DNA from: Archaeoglobaceae archaeon
Lineage (GTDB): Archaea > Halobacteriota > Archaeoglobi > Archaeoglobales > Archaeoglobaceae
Assembly: GCA_038731605.1 (NCBI GenBank)
Contig: JAVYQP010000005.1
Span: 16,039-80,038, forward strand
Length of the DNA: 64,000 bases
Direction of reading: 5' to 3'
The position numbers were made by a program, and so were the translations under genes. This document shows positions 1 to 8,808 of the stretch, in pieces. How positions within the stretch are numbered: position 1 is the stretch's first letter; each line of letters opens with the position of its first letter. A model generated the notes under the pieces. The model had not been told where the DNA came from, did not search any database, and saw nothing but the letters and a program-made list of their open reading frames with translations.

Positions 1-837
1 CAAAACTGGGGATGGAGCGATGAAAAAACCCTGGCTTGCTTTGCGATCTCAGTCCCCTACTTAATTGCGTTCGTTTTCAGAGAAATCACATACGAATACC
101 CTCTCCTCGACTTGAGCCTTTTCAAGATTCGAAACTTCACCGTCGGATGCTTGGCGTCTTCGATTCTCTTCTTTGGTATGTCCGCTTCGATCTTTCTGAT
201 CCCTTACTTCCTCCAGGGGATTAAATCGCTGACCGCCGAGCAAGCTGGATACTGGATGCTCGCAATGCCGATTATGAACACCATTGTCTCCCCAATTGCT
301 GGAAGACTCAGCGACAAGATGAATCCGAAATACCTGATGTGCCTGGGACCTTTGCTTTTCTCCTTGGGTATGCTCAACCTGCGAGATCTAAGGTTGGAGG
401 TCACGTATTGGGAGTTCTTTGTCCTCCTCATGCCAATAGGCATAGGGATGGGGATGATGATGTCTCCGACGTTAAACGTGATAATGGCTTCAACCCCAAT
501 AGAAAAGGCAGGGGTTGCAAATGGGACGCTTAGATCGATGAACACCTTGGCTCAGGCGATGGGCGTCGCTGTTGGAGGAGTTTTGCTGACGAACAGGATG
601 AAAGATTTAATTCCGGGATATGGAAACCAAATACCTGATCCGGGAACGATGAAAGTCCTTGCCTCGATTGCGATTATAGGAAATCCTGCTCCGCTTGTTG
701 AGATGGTCGAGGGGTTCATGGACAGCTTGTCCTTCGTTTTCTCCACGATGCTCTGGTTTCCGATAATCACATCGCTGATAACTTTTGTATTCTTGAGTGG
801 TGAGGAGCACTTGAACAGCCTTAGGGCTAAGGCTTAG
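1..837 (+). CDS. MFS transporter (DHA2/EmrB-QacA-like), C-terminal portion; 5' end lies outside the window
   Basis: Frame 1 is open from nt 1 (QNWGWSDEKTLACF...) to the TAG at 835-837. It has several hydrophobic TM segments and an SPIAGRLSDK motif typical of MFS antiporters. Confidence 0.75.
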   Translation, partial: QNWGWSDEKTLACFAISVPYLIAFVFREITYEYPLLDLSLFKIRNFTVGCLASSILFFGMSASIFLIPYFLQGIKSLTAEQAGYWMLAMPIMNTIVSPIAGRLSDKMNPKYLMCLGPLLFSLGMLNLRDLRLEVTYWEFFVLLMPIGIGMGMMMSPTLNVIMASTPIEKAGVANGTLRSMNTLAQAMGVAVGGVLLTNRMKDLIPGYGNQIPDPGTMKVLASIAIIGNPAPLVEMVEGFMDSLSFVFSTMLWFPIITSLITFVFLSGEEHLNSLRAKA

Positions 838-1193
838 CGAGTTATTCTGCAGAACTCTTTGTATTTGCAAGCCCTGCACTTCCAAACGTTGGGCTTTGGA
901 CGCAATCGCTCGACTCTCTTTATCTCCTTGAATCTCTTGAGAACCTTCTGTGCACCTCCCACATTTACTTCATTTTCCCACGTCTCGACCCTCTCCTCTT
1001 CCCTCACGTATATCTGCACCCTTTTTTTAGCTCTCCTGAAGAAGTAGCCGTAGAGGTTCGCTTGGGTGAAGGCTATTGGTCTGATTTCACGCATCAAAAA
1101 TCGATTTCTCGTGCTCTTGAACTCGTAAACAAACTCGTCTGTGATCCCGTCTGGCTCTCCCAACACAAGCATTCGTCTCAACCAAAGCTCCAT
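834..1193 (-). CDS. PD-(D/E)xK nuclease core of a Cas4/RecB-like protein (C-terminal part)
   Basis: Carries GEPDG...YEFKS (motifs II/III), TQANLYGY (QxxxY) and a C-terminal CRACKYKEFC cysteine triad as in Cas4-type Fe-S nucleases. The ATG lies 1 nt after the upstream ORF's stop. Confidence 0.55.
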   Translation of the reverse strand: MELWLRRMLVLGEPDGITDEFVYEFKSTRNRFLMREIRPIAFTQANLYGYFFRRAKKRVQIYVREEERVETWENEVNVGGAQKVLKRFKEIKRVERLRPKPNVWKCRACKYKEFCRITR

Positions 1194-1194
1194 C

Positions 1195-1788
1195 TTATCG
1201 TTGGATACCTTTCAGCCATTGCATCCTCAGCGAAAACCCCTCTAAGAAGCGGAAACTTCTCTGCATCCGCAATCCGAGCGCCCATAGATCTTGCAACTTC
1301 TTCCCAATTCCGAAAGTCTTTGTTTGGGAGAACGGGTTCACGACCATAACCCTCTCTCCCCTCTCGTCGAGAAACGTCTCAGCTTCCTTCCAATGCTCTA
1401 TTCTCTCTTTCAGCTTTTCCTCTCTTGCCCTGAGCATTATTTCCAGATCGCTGAACGTGATCTCGTTTCCCACTTCCAGGGGCTCTTTTCCAGTTTCTGG
1501 TAGCCTTTTGATGAGATCGATGGCTTTTTGCTCACTCATGCATTCGAGTTCGATCGAATAATTGATTCTGTCCGATAGGTAGACTACGAAGTTCGTCATC
1601 TCCTCTTCCTTACTCCTCAAAAGAGATTTCATTGCGCACCAGTAGTGATTTGCGACCTCAGCAACGCCTATGAAAACCAGCTTATCTTTCTCTACACCCC
1701 TTCTCTCTTTTTCAAGAGCTAAGAGCTTTTCCAGCACATCCTGTCGATTCATCAGCATCTCTTCGACCCTCGATCTCAGCTTTCCCAT
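1195..1788 (-). CDS. Cas4/RecB-like protein, N-terminal part (coiled-coil insert, single N-terminal Cys)
   Basis: VAEVANHYWCAMKSL resembles the N-terminal Cys region of Cas4-family proteins. The ORF ends TAA-G-ATG directly before the nuclease-core ORF. Confidence 0.4.
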   Translation of the reverse strand: MGKLRSRVEEMLMNRQDVLEKLLALEKERRGVEKDKLVFIGVAEVANHYWCAMKSLLRSKEEEMTNFVVYLSDRINYSIELECMSEQKAIDLIKRLPETGKEPLEVGNEITFSDLEIMLRAREEKLKERIEHWKEAETFLDERGERVMVVNPFSQTKTFGIGKKLQDLWALGLRMQRSFRFLEGFSLRMQWLKGIQR

Positions 1789-1942
1789 TGTCTAAACATC
1801 GAGAGCGGAGCTAATATCTTTCTTTCCACTATGCCTGAAAGCTCGTAATCCCACGACTGTTTGCCCCCTTATGGAAAACATCGAGAAAATAGACGTATTG
1901 CCAAAAAAAGGTCACCGAAAGTCTGAATGCGTTTAAAAATTT

Positions 1943-2587
1943 TTAGACTCTCTTGAAAACGAACCACCAGTCGTAGCCTTCGAGCTCCCCCTTCTTTATC
2001 TTCTCCAGCCTCTCCATCGCATCCCTTACGTTCCTTGCAGGGGGTATTATGACTTTGTCTCCGATGAGCTCGTTGTTTGGCCAGTTCGCCGGAATTGCAA
2101 CTTTTTTCTCATCGCTCAACTGCAAAGCCTTAACAGCACGGAGTATTTCGTCCACGTTCCTTCCAACTTCCTGCGGGTAGTAAAGGATCAGTCTAACGAT
2201 GCCGTTCGGGTCGACTATGAAAACCGCACGAACTGTGTTCGTGCCTTTGGCTGGATGAATCAGTCCGAGCTTCTTCGAAACCTCTCCAAGGTCGTCTGCG
2301 ATTATTGGAAACTCGATTTCGATTCCAAGCTTCTCCTTTATCCACTCGACCCACTTCACATGGCTAAAGGTCTGGTCTATGCTCAAGCCAATTAGCTCGC
2401 AGTTCAGCTTTTTGAACTCTCCAAACCTCTTCTCAAAAGCGACGAACTCGGTCGTGCAGACTGGCGTAAAATCTGCTGGATGCGCAAAGAGCACAAACCA
2501 CTTCCCTGCAAAGTCGTCGGGTAGCTTTAGGTCTCCATGCGTCGTCTTCACAACCATTTCCGGGAACTTTTCCCCAAGCAGAACCAT
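1943..2587 (-). CDS. Peroxiredoxin (AhpC/TSA family, archaeal Prx type)
   Basis: [13 protein letters not shown] peroxidatic Cys motif. Start chosen at [11 protein letters not shown] (nt 2587), which sits about 27 nt from a TATA-like box. The track ORF extends to 2665. Confidence 0.9.
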   Translation of the reverse strand: MVLLGEKFPEMVVKTTHGDLKLPDDFAGKWFVLFAHPADFTPVCTTEFVAFEKRFGEFKKLNCELIGLSIDQTFSHVKWVEWIKEKLGIEIEFPIIADDLGEVSKKLGLIHPAKGTNTVRAVFIVDPNGIVRLILYYPQEVGRNVDEILRAVKALQLSDEKKVAIPANWPNNELIGDKVIIPPARNVRDAMERLEKIKKGELEGYDWWFVFKRV

Positions 2588-2627
2588 TTCGATCACCATA
2601 CGATCTTTGTGGGGCGATATAAAAAAT

Positions 2628-2652
2628 TTTTGGTTTAGAAATCGAACCAAAA
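2628..2652. promoter_or_regulatory. Perfect 8-bp inverted repeat TTTTGGTT-N9-AACCAAAA between divergent prx and lrp promoters
   Basis: Read directly from the sequence. It is flanked by TATA-like ATATAAAAAA (2617-2626) and TTAAAATT (about 2656-2663). Confidence 0.3.
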
Positions 2653-2682
2653 GATTAAAATTCAAAACGACAACATCACTTG

Positions 2683-3099
2683 ATGGACGAAAAAGACCTT
2701 AAGTTGGCGCTGGAGCTGATGAGAAACGGCAGGGCGAAGAAGATCGAGCTTGCAAAAATCTTTGGGGTAACTGAGACTGCGATAAGAAAAAGGATAGAAA
2801 AATTGGAACAAGCCGGAGTCATCTTGGGATACAAGGCTATTATCGACTTCAAAAAACTCGGTTTGTTCTCCTCGCTGACTGGCATCGATGTGGAGCCTGA
2901 AAGGCTTTGGAATGTGGTTGAAAAGATAAAGGGACTTAAGAACGTAGTCTCGCTCTTCCTCACCTCTGGAGACCATGTGATCATGGTTGAAGTTGTTTGC
3001 GAGTCGATGCAAGAGATGATGGCTTTCCACGAGCAGATCGCAAAGATCGAGGGCGTTAAAAGAGTTTGTCCAGCGGTTATCGTCGAGGTTGTGAAGTAA
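2683..3099 (+). CDS. Lrp/AsnC family transcriptional regulator
   Basis: N-terminal HTH ([27 protein letters not shown]) plus a C-terminal RAM-like domain. The ATG at 2683 is about 25 nt downstream of a TATA-like box. Confidence 0.85.
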   Translation: MDEKDLKLALELMRNGRAKKIELAKIFGVTETAIRKRIEKLEQAGVILGYKAIIDFKKLGLFSSLTGIDVEPERLWNVVEKIKGLKNVVSLFLTSGDHVIMVEVVCESMQEMMAFHEQIAKIEGVKRVCPAVIVEVVK

Positions 3100-3146
3100 T
3101 CCAGAAAAGCGGTAAAGGGATAAATACTTTCGAGGAAATTCTGGAC

Positions 3147-3386
3147 ATGGAAGAGGTTGTGCTCGGGGAAGCGCTTGACTTCTCGACTGCGGAAAAACTT
3201 GCGAAAGACGTAGCGGAGAGGAAGGGTAGCGCAATACTGCTCGCCTACTACGACAAAGAAACGGGAATGAAGTTTCCAAACGTTGATTGTTGTGGGGAAA
3301 GGAGCTGGGAAGTTTATGCGAAGAGCAGGGGAGGAAATCTGAGGGTCGTCGTTGGAAGGTTCGAGTTCATATTTAGGGTTGAGTAA
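3147..3386 (+). CDS. Small hypothetical protein (79 aa)
   Basis: ORF with an internal ATG at 3147 just after the lrp stop. I recognise no motif. Confidence 0.4.
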   Translation: MEEVVLGEALDFSTAEKLAKDVAERKGSAILLAYYDKETGMKFPNVDCCGERSWEVYAKSRGGNLRVVVGRFEFIFRVE

Positions 3387-3417
3387 AATCTTTTAACTTT
3401 GCGAAGCTTTGTCAATC

Positions 3418-4665
3418 ATGGATGTCGTTGTGAAGAAAAGCGAGGTCTTTGGTTGTGTAAACGTTCCACCCTCGAAGAGCTACACGCATCGAGCCTTTAT
3501 TTCCGCATCTCTGTCAAAGAAGGCGATAGTCTCGAATCCCTTGATCTCAGGGGACACGATTTCAACGCTTAGGGCTTGCAAAAAAATAGGAGCAAAATTC
3601 GAGCGATCTGGCACCGAGTTTCACTTCATCGGCACAGAGGAGATCGAGGGCGGATACTTCAACTTCGAGAACTCTGGAACGACCTTGAGGATCTTCACAG
3701 GACTTCTTTCGCTCTCTTCAGCAAGAAGCGTCCTCGATGGCGACGAATCTCTGAGGACTCGTCCTAACAAGGAGCTTGTTTTGGCTTTGGAGAAGCTTGG
3801 AGCTCGTGCGAAGGGAGATGAGCTTTTCAGAGCTCCATTTCTAATCCAAGGGGTCATAAAAGGTGGAAAAATCGAAATCGCTTCCCAAAGCTCCCAGTTC
3901 ATATCTTCGCTACTCTATTCGCTACCAATTGCGAAAAACGATAGCGAGCTCAGATTGATCTCAACGAAGTCTCGCCCATACATAGAGATCACGTTGGACG
4001 TGCTCGAAAAATCAGGGATTGAAGTTGAAAGAGAAGGCGACGTGTTTTTCATCCCCGGAGAGCAAGATTTTAGGCTTAGGTCAATCGAAATCCCCGCAGA
4101 CTTCTCCTCAGCGAGTTACATGATCGCCGCAGGAGTCCTTGCGGGGGAAGTCAGAATTTTGAACGCCTTTGACTCGAAGCAGGGAGACAAGAAGATCGTC
4201 GAAGCACTTAGAGAAATGGGCGCAGACGTTGAATGGAGAAAAGACCTTGGTTTGATAACCGCAAGGAAATCCGAGCTATCTGCAATTGATTTCAACGCCG
4301 AAGATACCCCCGACCTCGTCCCAACGATCGCAGTTCTATGCGCAGTTGCGGATGGAGTTAGCGAAATACGCAACGCAGAGCACTTGCGAATAAAGGAGAT
4401 AGACAGGATCGCTGGGATTGCGAAGAATTTGCGAGCCTTGGGAGTTGAAGTTGAGGAGAGGAAAGATGGGCTCAAAATCCATGGCGGGAAAAAGAGCTTT
4501 CACGGAGTTGTCGACTCCTTTGGCGATCACAGGATGGCTTTGGCTTTCTCACTCTTGGGTTTGCTCGGGGAAGTTCACTGCAAGAACTGCGAAGTTGTCT
4601 CGATTTCCTATCCAAGCTTCTTCGAAGACTTGGCAAAGCTCGGAGCAAAAATCAGTCTCCAATGA
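3418..4665 (+). CDS. aroA: 3-phosphoshikimate 1-carboxyvinyltransferase (EPSP synthase)
   Basis: PPSKSYTHRA near the N-terminus, LRTRP, and DHRMALAFSLLGL near the C-terminus. Length is about 415 aa. Confidence 0.9.
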   Translation: MDVVVKKSEVFGCVNVPPSKSYTHRAFISASLSKKAIVSNPLISGDTISTLRACKKIGAKFERSGTEFHFIGTEEIEGGYFNFENSGTTLRIFTGLLSLSSARSVLDGDESLRTRPNKELVLALEKLGARAKGDELFRAPFLIQGVIKGGKIEIASQSSQFISSLLYSLPIAKNDSELRLISTKSRPYIEITLDVLEKSGIEVEREGDVFFIPGEQDFRLRSIEIPADFSSASYMIAAGVLAGEVRILNAFDSKQGDKKIVEALREMGADVEWRKDLGLITARKSELSAIDFNAEDTPDLVPTIAVLCAVADGVSEIRNAEHLRIKEIDRIAGIAKNLRALGVEVEERKDGLKIHGGKKSFHGVVDSFGDHRMALAFSLLGLLGEVHCKNCEVVSISYPSFFEDLAKLGAKISLQ

Positions 4666-5476
4666 ACTCCAAATCCAGGACGTATCTGTTCACATATGGG
4701 GCGAAGTTTCCGCATCTCCGCATGAACTTTGTTCTCACGACCATCCCATTCTTTAAAAAGATCTCTTCGACTTTCTTTGGCAAATCCCTTTCGCAGTTCT
4801 CGCTTTCAAACGTGTAGTAGTGCAAAAAGCCGCCCTTAACGATCTTTCCTTTGACCACGTGCACAAAATCCTTCGCAGAGTATGGAGCGGGCATCAAAAT
4901 GCGATCAAATTTTCCTTCAAGCTTTGGCACAACTTCTGCGACGTCTCCTTCAATTGCGATAACGTTCTTGACCTTGTTCAGCTCTATGTTCTTCCTGAAG
5001 TATTCAACTGCGACACTGTTAAGCTCAACCCCAACGACCTCTCTTGGCTTTGAGAGCTTCGCAATCAAAATCGCATAAGGACCGACGCCGGCAAACATCA
5101 CCAAAACCCTCTCTCCTTCCTTAACGAGCCTCGCAATCCTTTCTCTCTCGCTCGAAAGCTTCGACGAAAAGTATGCCTTCGTTGGATCGACGAGAAACCT
5201 GCATCCGTATTCCTTTGCAATCGTTTCCGTTTCTTCTCCGTATAACTTCTCGTATTTCGCAACTCTAAATGCTCCGCTTACTTCCCCAACTTTCCTTAGC
5301 ACCGTTTTGACGTTTTTGTGCCTTGAAAGGATCGCTGAAACGATTAGATCGCTTTTGTGCATGAGCTCATCTGGGATTTCGATGATCGCTACACTGCCAA
5401 TTATCTCGAAGCTTCTACGCAAAGCTTTGAGCTCTTCCTCGCTCAGCTTATCTTTTAAAGCCTCCTTCAGGGACAC
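4652..5476 (-). CDS. trm5: tRNA (guanine37-N1)-methyltransferase Trm5/Taw22 family (Met-10+ like)
   Basis: VLVMFAGVGPYAI SAM motif, DRILMPAP, and overall Trm5b-like layout. Confidence 0.8.
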   Translation of the reverse strand: MSLKEALKDKLSEEELKALRRSFEIIGSVAIIEIPDELMHKSDLIVSAILSRHKNVKTVLRKVGEVSGAFRVAKYEKLYGEETETIAKEYGCRFLVDPTKAYFSSKLSSERERIARLVKEGERVLVMFAGVGPYAILIAKLSKPREVVGVELNSVAVEYFRKNIELNKVKNVIAIEGDVAEVVPKLEGKFDRILMPAPYSAKDFVHVVKGKIVKGGFLHYYTFESENCERDLPKKVEEIFLKNGMVVRTKFMRRCGNFAPYVNRYVLDLEFIGD

Positions 5477-5512
5477 TAAAAGCTTTTATCCTCGTTGCAA
5501 TAAACCCTTACG

Positions 5513-6106
5513 ATGCGTGGTGTTTACTTCATCACAGACTCGAAGTTTGGAAGCCACGAGGAGCTTGCGAAGAAAGCCTTGGACTTGGGAGTCAGGATAA
5601 TACAGTTCAGGGAAAAGAGAGCGAAAGATGGAGAAAGGCTCAGGGTTGCGAGAGCCCTTAGGGAGCTAACAGAGAGTTACGATGCGATGCTAATAATCAA
5701 CGAACGTGTTGACTTGGCAATCGCAGTTGACGCAGACGGTGTGCACGTTGGTCAAGAGGATTTGCCGTGCGAAGTCGTGAAAGAGATCTTCGATGGCATC
5801 GTCGGAGTTTCAGTTTCGAACGTCGATGAGACGATAAAGGCGATGGAGGCGAACGCAGATTACGTTGGCGCAGGACCCGTTTTTGCGACAACGACAAAAG
5901 AAGATGCTGGAAATCCGATCGGAATCGAGGGGTTAAAGAGGATCGTCGAGGTCTCGAAGATCCCCGTGTTCGCAATTGGCGGTATAAACGTCGAGAACGT
6001 TGTCGACGTTCTGAACTGCGGGGTCGATGGGATCGCAGCGATTTCTGCAATCGCCGGGGAGAGGGCGAAAGATTTTATTGATCTCGTGAACAAGTATCTG
6101 AAATGA
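5513..6106 (+). CDS. thiE: Thiamine-phosphate synthase
   Basis: YFITD start, IQFREK, DGVHVGQEDL, GAGPVFATTTK, IPVFAIGGI. Confidence 0.85.
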   Translation: MRGVYFITDSKFGSHEELAKKALDLGVRIIQFREKRAKDGERLRVARALRELTESYDAMLIINERVDLAIAVDADGVHVGQEDLPCEVVKEIFDGIVGVSVSNVDETIKAMEANADYVGAGPVFATTTKEDAGNPIGIEGLKRIVEVSKIPVFAIGGINVENVVDVLNCGVDGIAAISAIAGERAKDFIDLVNKYLK

Positions 6107-6981
6107 AGTCGCTCTCGGAGCTCAAGGGATACCACATCGTCGGAAGGCATTCGGCTGTAAAGACTTGCCTTTGGCTTAAGAAGTCGTTGAAGGACTTGGG
6201 AGTATGCTACAAGCAAAAGTTCTACGGAATTCAAAGCCATAGATGCCTTCAGATGACTCCGGCGCTCCTATGCAACCAATTCTGTGTTCACTGCTGGCGT
6301 CCTTTGGAGTTGTTGAAGGATTTCAAAGGCTGGGACGAGCCCGAGTTCATCGTCGAGGAGAGCATAAAAGCACAGAGAAGACTTTTGAGCGGATTCTACG
6401 GCACAGAGGGTGTGAACAGGGAAAAGCTCAGAGAAGCTGAAAAGCCGAATCAGGTTGCGATAAGCTTGGTGGGCGAGCCGACGCTCTATCCAAGGTTGCC
6501 TGAGCTCGTAGAGTGCTACAAGAAAAGGGGCTTCACGACTTTTTTGGTCACGAACGGAACGAATCCAAGGATGATCGAGATCACCGAGCCCACGCAACTC
6601 TACATAAGTTTAACTGCCTTCGATGAGCAAAGCCACCTCGAAATGAACAGACCTGCGAGAAGCCTTTGGGATCGAATACTGGAGAGCCTTGAAGCGATGC
6701 GGAACTCGAAGTCGAGGAAGGTGATAAGGCTCACGCTGATAAAGGGTTTGAACATGCACGAAAAGGCATTGGAGAAATTCGACAAGCTGATAAGGATCGC
6801 TGAGCCTGATTTCGTTGAGGCAAAGGCATACATGTATCTCGGGTATTCAAGGCTTAGGCTTAGTTTCGAGAACATGCCGAGCCACGAGGATATCGTCGAG
6901 TTCAGCAAAAAACTCGAGAAGCTTGGATACGAAATTGTGGATGAGTCAAAAGAGAGCAGGGTTTGTCTTTTGTCGCTATGA
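6103..6981 (+). CDS. taw1: tRNA 4-demethylwyosine synthase (radical SAM, TYW1/Taw1)
   Basis: CNQFCVHCW radical-SAM cluster motif plus upstream conserved Cys residues (CLWLKKSL...CYK). ATGA overlap with thiE. Confidence 0.8.
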   Translation: MKSLSELKGYHIVGRHSAVKTCLWLKKSLKDLGVCYKQKFYGIQSHRCLQMTPALLCNQFCVHCWRPLELLKDFKGWDEPEFIVEESIKAQRRLLSGFYGTEGVNREKLREAEKPNQVAISLVGEPTLYPRLPELVECYKKRGFTTFLVTNGTNPRMIEITEPTQLYISLTAFDEQSHLEMNRPARSLWDRILESLEAMRNSKSRKVIRLTLIKGLNMHEKALEKFDKLIRIAEPDFVEAKAYMYLGYSRLRLSFENMPSHEDIVEFSKKLEKLGYEIVDESKESRVCLLSL

Positions 6982-7553
6982 ACCTCGAATCCTGTAGAAA
7001 AAAGCTTGAAGAGCTCGAGAAAGCAAGAGAAGAGCTTTTGAGCTTACTTAGAGATCTGAGGATACTCTCTTCGAAGGCAATCGTCGCAATTCACAACGAT
7101 CGAATTGAAGAAGCGGAGGAGAACTTGAAAAAAGCTTCGGCGATCTTGGAAAAGATAAGGGAGTTTCAAGCTCCTGAAACCCACGCAACGCACGATTCGA
7201 TGCAAGAGTTCGTTGAAGCGACGTTCTTGCTAAAAGTCGTGAAGAAGGAGTTCGACTTCTCTTTAGACTTCGAGGTCTTGGAGTCTGCGTTCGTAACTGG
7301 GCTTGCGGATTTGGTTGGGGAGCTAAGAAGGCTTGCTCTTTCCAAGATGATCAGAGGAGAAATCGACGAAGCTGAAAGTCTTCTGAGCACAATGGAAAAG
7401 ATATACAACGAGCTTATTCCCTTTGCTTCATTCCCGGACAAGCTCGTTCCAAATCTAAGGGCTAAGCTCGACGTTGCGAGAGTTGCGGTGGAGAGAACGA
7501 AATCCGATTTAATTGTAGCGAAGCTATATGCGGTTCTGGATAGGGATCGATGA
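6978..7553 (+). CDS. Translin/TRAX-like family protein
   Basis: All-helical. GLADLVGELRRL matches the translin-family signature. ATGA overlap with the taw1 stop. Confidence 0.6.
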   Translation: MNLESCRKKLEELEKAREELLSLLRDLRILSSKAIVAIHNDRIEEAEENLKKASAILEKIREFQAPETHATHDSMQEFVEATFLLKVVKKEFDFSLDFEVLESAFVTGLADLVGELRRLALSKMIRGEIDEAESLLSTMEKIYNELIPFASFPDKLVPNLRAKLDVARVAVERTKSDLIVAKLYAVLDRDR

Positions 7554-8778
7554 CACCGACAGCGTAAAGGGAATGTGCACGACTTACATCGCACTGCTTT
7601 TAATTGAGGCGATGAAGGACTTCGGAGAACTCATCGGATTTCCAAGGCTGATAAGGCTGAACCCAACGATTCCCTACAAGACTCGAGGTAACGGCGCAGT
7701 AAGCTTTTTAGTAGATCTCGAAGACCTCGACAAAGCGATCGAGGTTACAGACGAGATCATCAGAAAATACGCTGAACTAAGCGACGAGAATACGAACCCC
7801 GGAGTTGTGTTTGTAAAAGAGGAGAAGGCTCCGCTTTTAAGGAACTTCGCTGAAAAAGCAATCAAGGACGTTCTGAGGATAGAGGACGCCATGGAAATCT
7901 TGCAGAAGTATTCCATCCCATACTTGAGCTACAAAAACGGTCGAGGGCTGATTGGGGCGCTTGCATCGGTTGGAGCACAGCTCGAGGACTTCGTTTACGA
8001 GCTGATAGCGTATCGCTTTCCAGAGAGGTTTGGGACACGAAGAATCGTTGATGAGGAGAGCTTTTACGAGCTCGACTTCAGATACTATCCGACGATCTTC
8101 GACACTGTTGACTGGTGCAACAACGTCGTAATGGCAGTCCCTGGGACGCCCTGTCCTGTTCTCTTTGGTCTTCGGGGAGAAAATTACGAGATCCTTGAAG
8201 AGTCGATAAAGATGCTTAGAACTGAGAAATGGGAAAGGAAGGCGATCTTCATCACGAATCACGCAACGGACATGCACATCGTTGAAAGCAACGATATAAA
8301 AGATTTCAGATCGTATAGAGTCGTTGGCAGAGTCCTTAGGAAGCCCTACGATATCGTTGGAGGGCACGTTTTTTTTGAAATCGAAACAAAGAACTCTGCC
8401 TTGAAATGCTCAGCTTTTGAGCCCACGAAGCAGTTCAGAAACGTGATAAGGAACCTGATCCCGGGAGACGTCGTCGAGGTCTATGGGTCTGTGAAGAATT
8501 CGACGCTGAACTTGGAAAAGATCCGCGTTCTGAGCGTTGCGAAAAGCTTTGTTGAGATGAATCCAATTTGCCCGATTTGCGGGAAAAGAATGGAATCCGC
8601 TGGAAAGGGACAGGGATTTCGGTGTAAGAAGTGCAGAACAAGGGCTTTTGACAGGATAAGAGTCGAAGTCCCAAGGAAAATCGAGATTGGTTTCTATGAA
8701 GTCCCCCCTTGTGCAAGGAGGCACTTAACGAAGCCTTTGATAAGGATGAACGTCGAAAAGAGACACGTGTTTAGATAA
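7528..8778 (+). CDS. tiaS: tRNA(Ile2) 2-agmatinylcytidine synthetase
   Basis: N-terminal WIGIDDTDSVKGMCTTY and a C-terminal zinc ribbon (CPICGKRMESAGKGQGFRCKKC). Length is 416 aa. Confidence 0.85.
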   Translation: MRFWIGIDDTDSVKGMCTTYIALLLIEAMKDFGELIGFPRLIRLNPTIPYKTRGNGAVSFLVDLEDLDKAIEVTDEIIRKYAELSDENTNPGVVFVKEEKAPLLRNFAEKAIKDVLRIEDAMEILQKYSIPYLSYKNGRGLIGALASVGAQLEDFVYELIAYRFPERFGTRRIVDEESFYELDFRYYPTIFDTVDWCNNVVMAVPGTPCPVLFGLRGENYEILEESIKMLRTEKWERKAIFITNHATDMHIVESNDIKDFRSYRVVGRVLRKPYDIVGGHVFFEIETKNSALKCSAFEPTKQFRNVIRNLIPGDVVEVYGSVKNSTLNLEKIRVLSVAKSFVEMNPICPICGKRMESAGKGQGFRCKKCRTRAFDRIRVEVPRKIEIGFYEVPPCARRHLTKPLIRMNVEKRHVFR

Positions 8779-8808
8779 GGTTTTTAAGGGATCTGCAAAG
8801 CTTTTGCG

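Noticed and set aside
2588-2665. N-terminal 26-aa extension of the peroxiredoxin ORF
   Set aside because: The extension ([26 protein letters not shown]) runs through the TATA-like promoter element. Archaeal Prx proteins begin near the xLLGEKFPE motif.
2662-3279. 205-aa minus-strand ORF across the lrp region
   Set aside because: It is antisense to a clear Lrp/AsnC gene with an HTH motif. The product is Ser/Pro/Leu/Arg-rich and has no recognisable domain.
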